A stretch of DNA of 64,000 nucleotides from Gracilinanus agilis. Lineage: Eukaryota. Each line of letters starts with the position of its first letter. Position 1 is the first letter of the stretch. The stretch is from NCBI RefSeq assembly GCF_016433145.1, contig NC_058136.1, positions 47,539,076-47,603,075 on the forward strand, in the 5' to 3' direction. Under the pieces are notes generated by a model that searched no databases, was not told the origin of the DNA, and saw only the letters and a program-made list of their open reading frames with translations. Both the position numbers and the translations under genes were made by a program. Shown piece after piece: positions 51,791 to 64,000 of the stretch.

Positions 51791-54700
51791 TAACATTCCC
51801 TCACCTGGGTTATAATTAATCTCCAGCAACGTCACAGATCTACCCATACATGTAGTACTCTGTCTCTCAGGCACCATCTAAGGGCACTTGTGGTTCTGGG
51901 CCCTGGCCTTCATCCCATGACAATCATTCTATTCGAGGAGCTATAGACAATGATCAGGAGAAGCCATTTTCGCCTGTGTGGACATTAGTTATTCCAAGGA
52001 CACTCTCTGAAAAGGAGTAAGGTGAAGGGAGGTTATTATTGTTGCTGAGATAAATGATCAGAGATAAAGACTTTTTCCCTTAGTGTATCATACAATTAAT
52101 TATTGCTCTTGGACCTGTTATAAATGTGATCATCTAATTAATTGTTGCTACCGTGACATACATTAAAAATAAAGCACCCTTCTCAGGCACGTGTCCACAG
52201 AATGAATCCTGATTTATTTTTGGTAAATTACAAGCCAGACCTCACATGGGATAGTAATGCAATGACGCCAGGGATAAGATGAGCATGAAAGGACACTGGA
52301 TCATAGAACAAGAGATGAAAGAGACCTTAAGGTTCATCTGGTCCAATATTATTTTACAAATGAGGAAACTGAGATAATACAGAGAGATTAAGTGAGTTGT
52401 CCATGAGCTTGTAGATAGTAACGATCAAAACTAGAATTCAAATTCAGGTCCTCTGACTCTGGTAGACTACAGTGCCTAAAAAGATCTATGTGGCATTGAG
52501 TGGATTTCCTCTTAAAGATTTCTGGGAGAGTATGGTTGGGAATATCACAGGATGAAAGGCCTGGGCCTCAACTGTTTAAGATATCTTATAAATCTCACCA
52601 TTGCTGAGGTCACAGCTGTTGAACTAGCCAAGGGTTGCACACTACCTTAATGTAGTTTGGGGCCAGCTAAGTTATTGATAGTGTAAGAATGCACTCCAGT
52701 AATAAGAATCAAGTGGGGTGCTCTGCTCAGTTGCTACTTTTCCCTTGAATCTTACCTGCCATTTAGTTTGGTATCTTAATGCGCTTGTGGTGTGACATTG
52801 CATGTTATCATTATTGGTGCCGGTCCCTTAGTCTCTCACCTCCTGTCCCATCATGCCATTTCCCCAACTGGCAGCACTATTTTCTGGTATTATGCTGGAC
52901 CCCAGTGTATCTGAGGATAATGTGTTTTTCTAGGAGATACCTCTTATCTTCTAGTACCTCCATTGGACCCCTTCCTCATGCAATCAGGTACCTAGCTTCT
53001 CCAGCCATGAAGTGTTAGGGCAACCGAGGCTCCTGGCCAAGACATCCACAAGTCTAAGTATGACTTGTCCCAGCAGTAAAACTGTGGATCTGTGGTTTTC
53101 TGATCAGACTCAAAGCCAGGGTCTTTGTTCTTGGAAGGGGGCATGAGAAGGAAGGGTGTGGCCCCAGATAGACATGCAGCCCAGATTGAAATGATGGAGA
53201 ATAAGGAGGATCTGAGGCAAGATGTCGTTTGGCGGTACTCCATTTTCTGTGCTCCTTGCCCCCCACCACTTCATCCTCTCCGCTGAGTCCTGGCCCTTTA
53301 TTGAGTCAATTCCTGTTTTGTTTCCTAGTCCCCTGCACCTCGATCTTCTTTGCCTTATTCCCTTGAACTCTCTGGATGAGTGAAAGCAGCTGTACTGCTA
53401 CAGGAAGGCTTAGGGTGCAAGTCAGGGGCCATGATGATCCCTTTCCCCCCTCCTCCCCAAACAGCCTGCTCTTGATATTGTCTACAAGACAGCTAAATAG
53501 CTGAAGCCCCTTCTTCATCCCACCCTCTCCCAGCCCCCCAAATACAACAGAACTAATTCATCCAGCACATGGCTGGAAAATTGCATGCCTGGCCAGTCTG
53601 GTTAGCTTAAGAAACCAAGATCTGCACCTGAATAAACTGGTCTGTAAGCCCGATTGCCAGAAAGAATGCCGTCCTCCTACAGAAATAGGTTGTAGAAACT
53701 GTCAAATGTTGAAATGCGTGCACACACACGTATGTATGTGCGTCTGCGATGGGAAAGCAATCACCACTCAAACATTTCTTGTTTTCACTGGAAAGAATTC
53801 CTTGACATTTTTCCTCATCTAGCAGACATCAAATATTCTAGGAGTCCTGGGCACACGTACATACATTCCCTGGCTTTTTCTTTGTATCATCTGGGAACCA
53901 AGAGGGAGTTTGGCATGGTGAATTATGAGTCAGACCAGCAGTCCAGAAGATCTGAGTTCAAAGTAGGTTTAAAGGAAAGAACTCCAGAGTTGGAGTTAGA
54001 AGACCTTGGTTCAAATGTCAGCTCTATCACTTCCTCTGGGACCTTGTTTAATTCACTTGACCTTTCTGAGTCTCAGTTTTCTCTTTTGTAAAATGAGAGT
54101 GTTACAAGAGATGCTCTCTAAGGTCCTTGGGAATCCACAGTTTATACTTCCGTGTTCCTGCCTCTGATATCTACTAGCTGTGGGATCATGGCAAACTTCT
54201 TTTTTTCTTTTTCTTTTCTTCTTCACTTTTCTTCTCGTTCCCATTCCCTCCTCCAAGCAACTTTCAAAGACTAAAAATTCCAGAGGAGTTGCAACTCTGT
54301 AAAAATAGAGGAAGTTGCCACACTGGGATGTCCCTCATACTCTTGACGACAAAGGCTAAAAAAATCATGGTGGAAAGGATATGATGTCATAAATGTTGAA
54401 AATTTAACAATCAAGCTGGAAATATCTTTAAATACTGAGAAAAAGGAAAACCAGATAGGCAAGCCCTTGTCACCTATCAAAAGACAAGACGCTTTCTTTC
54501 CCTAGCTAAGACAAGTCTACAAATCATATCATTGGAGGAATCATTAGTTCACTTGAGCAATAAAACCCTAGATCAAAATTCTCTGGCTTTTGATTCCAGC
54601 ACATACCCTGCTAAAATATGATCAGGTGCCTTCTCAGTTATGATCTTCATTAGCTAACTCCCACCCGCACATCTAGGAAGTGGACGTAAGTGATACAAGC

Positions 54701-55329
54701 AATAAAGGGTCCGTGGGGTCCAAGATGGGACCTGATTGTTCCCCCCACCCCTTGCTGGTGAATAAGACACCTTTGTTGATTTAGGAACTTTGGGAAGCCT
54801 TTGAGCTTGCTCTTTTTTCTTTACTTTTCTTTTTATATGCAATTCAGTTCAGAGACTGCACCTCAAGGGAAGGATCATAGAAGAGATTAGGGGAGAGGGA
54901 GAAATGGTTAGAACTGATTTTCTGGCCTTTAATAGAATACGAAATCCTTTAACCTAGAATGGCTAAGACATTTTCCTAGCATTTGCATCAAATTGATATG
55001 CTCAGCTGAACCAGAATTATACATACCCATTATTGCTATTATATCTAGTATTTTATCAAGTCTATTTTGATGTAATTGTGTGGGTTTCCACCTAATTTAT
55101 TCCATGCCTACATGACATCCAGAAATTAGAAAGCTCAGCGCACTTCCTGGAGAGAAGGCAGACCCTATTTCCTTCCCTGCTACCTTTTCCACTCTTCACA
55201 GTTTGACTTTTAGTCTTGAGGATTCCAACTAGTGTGATGACTGTTGGGTTCCAACACATTTCTGGAGTTTGTTATGATCAAGAATAAGACATAGACCTGT
55301 CTGTGAGAAGTTTACTAACTAGTAGGAGA

Positions 55330-56780
55330 AGATGTCTATCCCTGTGATGCAAGGCCCCATGGGATGTCTTCAGTAATAGAGGCAGAAACACAAATACATG
55401 GAAACACAAAAGAGGGAAGAGGAAGGAGAGATTTGGCTAAGTATATGGAGTGGCCAAAATCCCTGAGGAGGGTAATGACAAAGTGTGGCTGGAGGTAACT
55501 GAGAATGGTTTGGTTTGGACTAGGGAGCATGTAGGAGGAGGAGTGAGAGGTCAGAGTGGAAGGCCTGGTAGTATAGGTTCTTGACTGATCCAGTTCATTA
55601 TTTTGATGCTTCAGAAGCTTGTGGATTAGAAGAATGGCATAATGAAAACAGGATTTCAAGGGATGAATCCAGTGACAGGATGAATTGGTGAGGAGCCCAG
55701 CCGTGAGGGAGTTGAGAAAGCTTAAAGAAGGAGTGATGAAGAGAGTTACAACAGACAGGTTAGAGCAGTGGTTCCCAAACTTTTTTGGCCTTCCGCCCCC
55801 TTTCCAGAAAAAATATGACTTAGCACCCCCTGTCACATACTATCACTGTCCCCTTACAGTATTCACTGCCCCCAAATGCACCTGTGGCCATCACCGCCCT
55901 CCTGGATTGCTACAGCACCCACCAGGGGGCAGTGGTGCGCACTTTGGGAATCACTGGGTTAGCAGTTAAAACAAGACTTAGTGAGTGATTGGTTATGGAA
56001 AGCAGAAGGAGAGTAGAAGAACAGTGAGATTTTGAACTTGGGTTACAATTGATGTAATTATCATTTGTAATTATCAATTATCATGTATAATAATGGCTCA
56101 TTTAACATGGCTCTGGAGGAGATTTAAGTGAATGAAGTTAAGGGCACAGGTAGAAGGGCTAATTTGGAAAAAAAGACAATAGAGAAGAGAGAGTATGAGG
56201 TGCTACAGAAGATCTCCATAGAGATTTCTTCAATTTATATGAGGGCTTGGCAGAAATGTACTAATAGTGGATAAGAGGCAGCTCAGTGGCATACCTCCTT
56301 TCAAGGCAGGAAGTGGGCAACAAACTAAAACTTTGTGTCTTGGCAGGATGAGTTGCAGGGTGTACTCAGCTCAGTGAGCAAGCTTGGTATGCGGGGCAGT
56401 TTGCTTCAGCAGTTAGTGAAAAGACTAGTAAGAATAATAGTATATTAAGGCTCTCATTTCCAGGAGACCAAAAGGGTAATGGGAAATTTGTGGTGATTTT
56501 GCACAGTTTGTGCCATTTCTTCTGTTTCTGCCAGCATCAAGTAACAGACATGCATTAAATGCAGGGCAATCTTTTCTTGGAAGAGAATGTGAAGGGGATG
56601 AAGAAACATCTGCCTAACCTCTAGTCTCACAGAGAGAATAAGGGGTGTCTTGAAAGAACAGAAGAAGGAGGATTTAAACAGGCAGAAAGAAATTCTAACC
56701 TGTTTGGAGAGTAGAAGAGGGTGAGTGAGAAGAAAGGAAAAGACTGGAGTTTTTGACAGACTAAAATGATGGGTCATATT
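55330..56780 (-). mobile_element. Fragmented L2, interrupted by hAT MITE copy 4
   Basis: Purine-rich L2-antisense sequence on both sides of the MITE, e.g. GTGAGAGGTCAGAGTGGAAGGCCTGG. Confidence 0.55.
55766..55956 (+). mobile_element. hAT MITE family A variant, copy 4, with a different internal segment
   Basis: Same TIRs and subterminal sequence, TSD GGTTAGAG / GGTTAGCA. The AT-rich core of copies 1-3 is replaced by GCACCCCCTGTCACATACTATCACTGTCCCCTTACAGTATTCACTGCCCCC. Confidence 0.93.
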
Positions 56781-56829
56781 TAATAGTTAAAATGTACTAA
56801 GGATAAGTGTAAACTCTAATACTTGGGTT

Positions 56830-57430
56830 CAAAAAATCAACATTCCAAGTATAGGACTGAATATGTATATCAAGAAAAGTGTTTTTGTGATTAGGAACAT
56901 GGGAGTTTAGTGACTGGTAAGTTGATCTGGCAGCCCAAAAGTCTAATGCAATCTTAGGGTGCCTCAAGAGGAAGGGCATAGAATATCTACAGCATACAAA
57001 GAACAACTAAATTGACCCCCATGCTCCAGATGTCACCTGACTAGGCCAGTAGACAGTAGGATTTTGCATCTCTTATTTTGTGCTTTTTGACCTTTATAGT
57101 GCTACTTAAGTTCTCATCTTAGTTCTCCTTCTGAGTGCCAAGCATAAATCTAATCCTTCTTCATCCTCACAATCTTACATCTGGAGTATTTTGGTCACTT
57201 TTGGGTGCCACATTTTAAGAAGATTGATGAATTGTAATGTGTCCACAGGAGGGCAACCAATCCAGCATCAGACCTGGAGACCATGCTATCAAGTGTCAAT
57301 TGAAGACACTGGGCATTGTTTATCCTAGAAAAAGAAATAATTAGGGAGGACATGAAAGCTGTCTTCAGGTGTTTGAAAGGCTATGATGCTAGAGAAGGAT
57401 TTGACTTTATCTTGTCCTTAGAGGAAAGAA
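56830..57430 (+). mobile_element. CR1/L3 3' fragment
   Basis: CTGGCAGCCCAAAAGTCTAATGCAATCTTAGGGTGC (AAKKANAILGC-like) and ACATCTGGAGTATTTTGGTCACTTTTGGGTGCCACATTTTAAGAAG. Confidence 0.75.
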
Positions 57431-57469
57431 CTAAATCACAGAGTTACAGAATGATCATTGTAAAGTTCC

Positions 57470-59990
57470 TATGAAGCTATCCAGCACAACCTATACACCT
57501 AAGGATACATCCATAGACTTATAACTTATCAGATAAGTGTTCCTCCAACCCCTACTTGAAGACTTCCAGGGAAGGAAAATCCATCAACTCTCTTAGAAAT
57601 CCATTTATTTCTTGACAACTTCTGATTGCTTTTGTGACGTGGGCTTCTTTGGGACTTATACCCATTCTTTCTGGTTCTGCCTTCTTGGACCAGACAACAA
57701 GTATAAGCCCCTATCTATGTGGTATCCCTTCAAATAACTTGAAAATAGCTATCATTTCCCATCTTGGTCTTCTTATTTCTGGGCTAAACTTGCCCAGTCA
57801 TTTCAACCAACTCTCATATGACTGAAGGTACTTTGCCATATCATTTGATTCTCCTCTAGATACTCTCCAGATTATCTATATCCTTCTTAAACTGTTGTGC
57901 CTGGAACTAAACATCATACTCTAGATGAGGTCTGACAGGGGCAGAGCATGATGGGACTCTCACCTCTCAGTTCTGGAAAGCCACACCCTTTTTAATGTAG
58001 CTCTTATTGGTTTCATTGGAAGACACATCACAATAATGATATGTTGAGTTTGTATTCCACTCAAACCTCCAAATCCTTTTGAAAACCACTGCTGTCTATC
58101 CATGCATTTCCTATATTGTATTTGTGGTAGCGATTTTTTTTTTGTTTCAAATTGTAAGATTTTACATTTTTCCTTATTGAATTTCATTTTATCAGATTAG
58201 CCCAATGTTCTGGCCTCATAGTATCTGTTTTTGGATCCTGACTCTATCTTTTTTTGTATTAGCTATCCCTACCAGTTTTGTGTCATCTAAAAATTTGAAG
58301 AGTATACCCACAATTCATTTAGCCAAGTCAACAAACAAAATGCTAAACAGAACAAAGCTGAGCACAGATCTCTTGTGAATTCTGTTTGAGATCTCTTTCT
58401 GCATTGACTTTGGGGGAGTTGTTTTTGGTTTTCATTCTTTACCATTACCTTCCATCTTAGAAGGCAGAAGAGCAGTAAAGACCAGACAATAGAAGGTTAA
58501 ATGACTTTCCTAGGGACACATAGCTAGAAAATATAAGGGGCCATATTTGAATCCAGCACCTTCCATATGACTACCAATCCACCAAGCCACTTGGCTTACC
58601 CCCTGCATTGACTTTGAACGTTGAAAGAAAAAGCTCTGAATCCAGTGACCCAATCAGTTTAAACTACATCAGTTTCTACTATCATCTAACCTGTTTCTTT
58701 CCATCTTCTCCAGAAGAATATGAGAAAAATATTTCAGTCTTTGATGAAATCTAGGTCAAGTTACATACATAGCATTGTCTTCATCTGCTAGTTTGGTAAG
58801 CCTGTCAGAAAAGGAAATAAGGTTAGAGTGGCATGACCTGTTCGTAATGAGGTCATGATGACTCTTTGCTGTTACTGCTTCCTTGACTAAGTGTTTGCCC
58901 TCTTGAATGATCTTTTCTAGAAATTCCCCACGAATCAAAGTCAAGCTCACTGGACTAAGTTTGCAAACTGTTTAGCTGCCCCCACTTTTTAAAAAAATTG
59001 GGACATTTGCCCTTCTCCCATCTAGTGATACCCCTCTTATTTTCCATAAGCTTTCAGATATCTATGACAGTGGCTCAACCAATTCCATCACTAATTCTTT
59101 TTTTTTAGTTTTTTTAAACCATTAACTTCTGTTTATTGATTTATAGGTGGAAGAGTGGTAAGGGTAGGCAATGGGGGTCAAGTGACTTGCCCAGGGTCAC
59201 CCAGCTGGGAAGTGTCTGAGGCCGGATTTGAACCTAGGACCTCCTGTCTCTAGGCCTGGCTCTCAATCCACTGAGCTACCCAGCTGCCCCTGCCATCACT
59301 AATTCTTTCATTGGCTAAAGATGTCCTCTATCTGAGCTGGGTTATTTGAATTTATCATGAGTACTAAAGTCATCTTTCACTATGTCCTTTCTTAGCTTAG
59401 GCATCTACTCTTTGTCATTCACTTTTGTTTTCCTATATATAATGCAAAGATCATTCTCATTGACAGAGAAAGCAGAAAGAAAATAAGAATTAATCAGTTC
59501 TGCTTTTACCCTGTTGCCAGTTATTTTTATGCACCCCACACAAAGATCTTGTTGCTTCTATCTTCCTTTTTCTCCCATTGTAACTTTTTTTTTTTTTTTG
59601 CTGTCCCTGGATTGCCTCACTAACCTCTGTTCTTTTTGAGCGTTTCTGACTATTTTTATAGAGCCATGCCACACCCTTTTTTAGACATCTTATTTTATAA
59701 AAAATTAGCCTTGCTTCTATTGTGGGTCTTTTAAAAAAATCTAAAATGATTGCTGAGTTCTCTACGCATTGACATTGGTTGCCACGTCATTTAATTTTTT
59801 CTCCGTTTTGGACCTGTTTCCCTTTGTGTCTTGAGCATCTCCTATCCTTCCTGAGATTTAACCTTTCCTGTTCCTTTGAATTAGGTATACCTATCCATAG
59901 TCTTGTGATGTCTCTTATCAAGTCTCAGTGATACTTCTGAAAATAAATGTTTTGCCTTTCACTAGAATCTCCGGATCTTCTAGCTTGTTT
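57470..59990 (-). mobile_element. Long CR1/L3 element (RT to 3' end) with two SINE insertions (about 58430-58605 and 59101-59292)
   Basis: ORF 57960-58187(-) MKFNKEKCKILQF and ORF 58756-58950(-) SHHDLITNRSCHSNLISFSDRLTKLADEDNAM are CR1 RT motifs. Confidence 0.85.
59101..59292 (-). mobile_element. Young SINE1-type SINE
   Basis: Perfect 16-bp TSD CCATCACTAATTCTTT, full head, poly-T tail. Confidence 0.95.
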
Positions 59991-60009
59991 TCTAAACTTC
60001 TTATCCCCT

Positions 60010-60215
60010 CCCTTTTCCCTTCTAAGAATCCCTCCCTTATCTCATCATCTTGCCTTCCTATTTCTTAATATGAACTCCTTCTAAGAATCCATCCCTTAGC
60101 TTATCTCCTTGCCCTCTTTTCTCTTAGTCTACACAACCTTCTAAGAGTCTTCCATATTGTATTACCTCACCCTCCTATTTCTGTGTAAGTTAAAAACACT
60201 TTTACCCTTCTAGAT
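60010..60215. repeat. Degenerate ~60-bp-period tandem repeat (CCTTCTAAGA core), probably part of an antisense L1 inter-ORF segment
   Basis: CCTTCTAAGA recurs at about 60018, 60078 and 60137, with a looser unit at about 60207. Confidence 0.5.
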
Positions 60216-60329
60216 GTATGTTCCCTCTTTAACCCAGATCTGATGAGAATAGGTCAATGCTATTGACCCTCCACCCCTCCTCCCCTTCAACATAATAGTT
60301 CTTCCATTCATGCCTCTTTTGTGTGAAAT

Positions 60330-62950
60330 GAGAAAAAAAATATCCATTTATAAGTAATTTTTTCTAAAAATTCAAGGATTAACCAATTCCAACATTGAAT
60401 AAATTATTTGAAATAATAAGTAAAAAAGGAATCCTACCAAACTCCTTTTTATGAAACAAACATGATACTGACACCTAAACTGGGAAGAGCAAAAACAGAG
60501 GAAGAAAATTATGGGCCAATTTCATTAATGAATATGGATGCAAAAATCCTAAATAAAATACTAGCTGAGAGACTACAATGGTATATCAAAATGATTTTAC
60601 ACTGGGACCACACAGGATTTATGCCAGGAATAGAGGGTAGTTTTTCAAAAGGAAGGCTATTAATATAATTGATTATATTAATCACAAAAGATACAAAAAT
60701 AATATTTTATATCAATTGATTTAGAAAAAGATTCTGACTAAATACAACACTCATTCCTATTAAAGACACTGGCAAGTACAGGTTTAATTGGATTTTTACT
60801 TAAAATAATAAGAAATATCTACCTAAAACCATTGATAAGTATTATTTGTAATGGGGATAAACAAGAAGCCTTCACAATAAGAAGTGAAAGGATGCACATT
60901 ATTACCAATATTATTTAATATTGTATTAAAATGCTAACAATAATAATAAGAAAAACAAATTAAAGGAATTAGAATGGGGAAAGAGGTAATAAAACTTTTT
61001 TTTTTTGCAGATGATATGATGGTATATGTGGAAAATCCTAGACATTCCACCAAAAAATTTAGTTGAAACTATCAATAATTTTAGCAAAGCAGCAGGATAT
61101 AAAACATAGTCACACAAATCATCAGCCTTTCCATATATCACTAACAAAGACCTGCAAAAAGAGATAAAGATACCCCATTTAAAATAACCATAGACAGAAT
61201 AAAATACCTGAAAGTATATCTGCCAAAACAAACCCAGGAAGTACACCAACATAATTTTAAAACACTTTTTACACAAGTAAAGTCAGATTTAAACAATTGG
61301 AAGAAAATTTATTATTCATGGGTAGGCAGAGCCAATATAATTTAAATGATAATCCTACTAATCTTCATATTCAATGCCATCCCAATTAAATTACCAAAAA
61401 TTATTTTATTGAGCTAGAAAAAATAACAAAGTCCATTTAGTAGAACAAAAAGTCAATATGAAAGGAATTAATGGGAAAATGTAAAGTGGTCTAGCAATAC
61501 CAGATTTTAAACTGAATTATAAATCAGTAATTACCAAAATCATTTTGTACTGGCTAAGAAATAGAAGCATACATAGATCAGTGCAACAGAACAGAGATGC
61601 AACTAAGAGTAGTAAAAGTCTAATATTAATAAATGTTTTAAAAACGTCTATAGTAACTTTGTATTTGGCAAAAGTAAAGATCTAAGTTGGAGTAAGAATT
61701 CCCTGTTTGGTAAAAAATATTGGGGAGAATTGGAAAGCAGTTTGGTAAAAACTAAGTATAGGCCATTATCTCATGCTATTTACTAAGATGACTTCAAGGT
61801 GGATACATGACCTAGACATAAAGGAAGATATCATAAGCAAATTAGAAGAAGAGAGGACATATTACCTATCAGATTTATGAATAGGAGAGAAATGTATAAA
61901 AACAATAGAGAGGATTGTGAGACATAAAATGGATGATTTTTATTACAATAAATTAAAAGGCTTTGTACAAATAAAACTAATATAGCTAAGATTAGAGGGA
62001 AAGATGAAAATTGGACAAAAATGTACAAACAGTGTTTTGGATAGTTAAACTATACTCATAGCTAAAATATATTGAGAATTTGATCAAATTCGTAATAATA
62101 TTAGCCATTTCCCATTTGATAAATGGTCAAAAGATATAAACAGATAATTTTTTGGAGGAATCAAAGCAATATAGTCATATGAGAAAACGTACTAAATTGT
62201 TACTGATTAGAGAAATGCAAATCAAAACAGTTCTGAGACATCACCTCACACCTATCAGATTGGCTAAAATGATAAAAGAAGATAAAAAAGATTAAAAAAA
62301 AAGATAAAAGAAGAAAGTAAAAAATGTTGGAAGGGATGTAGAAAAATGAGGATACTAATACACTGTTAGTTGAATTGTGGACTGATCAAACTGTTATGGT
62401 TTTTAATCTGGAATTATGCCCAGAGAACTATAAAATTAAATATGCTCAGCAGTACCACTGTTGGGTCAGTATTCCAAGAAGATTAGAGAAAAAGGAGAAG
62501 AACCTATTTGTCCTAAAATATTTATAGCATTTCTCTTTGTGGTAGCAAAGAACTGGAAATTGAGGGCATGTCCATCAGTTGGGAAATGGCTGAACAACAT
62601 GTAGTTTTTGATAATGATGAAATACTAGTGCACCATAAGAAATGATGAGCATGTAAATTAAAAAAAAACATGGAAAGACTTATATGAAATTATAAAAATC
62701 AAAATGAATAGAACCAAGAGAACAGTATATATAGCTACAGAATTAAATTTTTGAAGAATAACTTGTGAATATCCACATCTAGAGAAAGAACTGATAAATA
62801 GAAACACAAAAGACATAGTTTACATATTGATTTTATTTTTGGTCAAGTGATGCCTTCTTTTGTGCAGGGAGGAAAAGGAGGGAAGTAGATACCGGGGACT
62901 TTTGATATAACCAACAAACAAATTATTTAGTTTTTAAAAGGTTAAAAAAG
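60330..62950 (+). mobile_element. 5'-truncated L1 (ORF2 RT through 3' UTR), inactivated
   Basis: ORF 60462-60668 [25 protein letters not shown] is the L1 RT domain. TTTGCAGATGATATGATGG (FADDM) at about 61005. C-terminal and 3' UTR sequence follows, with multiple stops and frameshifts. Confidence 0.93.
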
Positions 62951-64000
62951 ACATTAAAAGCAGTCTGAACTGAGTTATCAGAAAGGAGAGGTAAGTTTTA
63001 TTTATAAAACCTAAGAGAAAATAGTATACCTAGTTTAAAAAAAAGTTTGGCAGCATCTGTGATGGCACAAAGAAAACTCCCTGCAACTCTCCATATGTTG
63101 TGTGAGTTTGAAAACATTCCCTTCTTTTCCTCAGCTTTTGTTTATATAGAAGCCTTCCCCCCACATTCCAACTGGGTATAAGATTGTGCCCAGTGAGCAT
63201 CTGGTCGCTTCAATTTCTCTCTCTCTCTCTGTGAAAGAATCAGGAGCCTGCCCTGTGTCTAACAGCAAAAATTGAACTTGTGTAAAAGGAATTTGGAAGA
63301 GTATGGAGGATGATGGGAGGGAGGGCTAACTTAGGCAACTGAGGCTTCTGGGCAGTGTTTAGAGATGCACCCCCCCCCCAGTACTCTCCATGGAGCCCTA
63401 ACCTTGGCATGACAAATGGTCCTCCCACTATATAATAATGTATCATTGAAAATAGATCTGCCATTGAGGACTCAAGAAGGATTCTCATTTTTATGTTTCA
63501 TTTTAAATAGAAGCCAATTCCTCTGGGTATAGTGCTGGTTACACTAATGAGGATAGTATAAAGGAGTTAATCATCATCTCAGTGCTAATTGTTCCTTTTT
63601 TTCAGATTTCAATTATACTTGTTTCCTGGGGAAGTTTTTCCACGTAGGAGCAATTTTGGAAACAGACAAATAAAATCCCAAGTCCTAGACAGCCTTTAGC
63701 CACTCTAAAGGGGATAAAAGTAAGAGAAAGCTTCCCCCAGCCCCTTTGTGCATTCATTTCTATTCCCCAATGGGAGCTGCTATTATGGTTGCAAAGTCCT
63801 CTATTGGGGGATATGGGGAGTATGCATATTAACAGGATACCATTTGTAGTCCAGTAGCAGGATTGATTCATAAGTACAAAGTCATATATGAGCTGTGCCA
63901 TAAGAGAGATATGGACGTGGGATTAGTGTCTAAAGACTTAGGGACAATCACTAGTGACTGAGGATCGAGGGTCATGGAATGCTTCACTGAGGAGTTGGCC

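Noticed and set aside
55685-55969. 94-aa ORF
   Set aside because: It runs from L2 through a non-coding MITE; no transposase similarity.
59990-60330. Possible twin-priming inversion at the 5' end of the last L1
   Set aside because: The antisense segment looks inter-ORF-like rather than contiguous with the RT breakpoint, and no shared TSD was found.
60462-60668. RT-like ORF suggesting an active L1
   Set aside because: The element is 5'-truncated with many stops and frameshifts.
1-64000. CRISPR arrays, rRNA, operon-like systems, intact ERV or transposase genes
   Set aside because: None seen. The DNA is mammalian, with no regularly spaced repeat-spacer array and no long intact ORF.

Overview
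This is AT-rich, CpG-depleted, repeat-dense vertebrate DNA, almost certainly marsupial. The young tRNA-derived SINEs match the opossum (Monodelphis) SINE1 type and a Mar1 SINE is present; both names are from recall, not a search. No protein-coding gene can be named. Every ORF-track peptide I could recognise is a decayed retroelement fragment (L1 ORF2, CR1/L3 reverse transcriptase), and the longest ORFs are artefacts of two N gaps. Most of the window is layered transposable elements: L1, L2, L3/CR1, MIR, Mar1, young SINE1 copies with target-site duplications (TSDs), and four hAT DNA-transposon families. The most interesting observations are: (1) four copies of a ~192-bp hAT MITE, each carrying a near-consensus CTCF core motif, all in the same orientation; (2) a near-perfect 36-bp-arm palindrome at 44591-44664 with no repeat explanation; (3) a TATA box, open 32-codon first exon, GTAAGT donor and DR3 element at 49.17-49.42 kb; (4) several unassigned candidate exons, including a microexon and a terminal exon followed by AATAAA; (5) a local ~160-bp duplication. 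All exon and regulatory calls are motif-level hypotheses.
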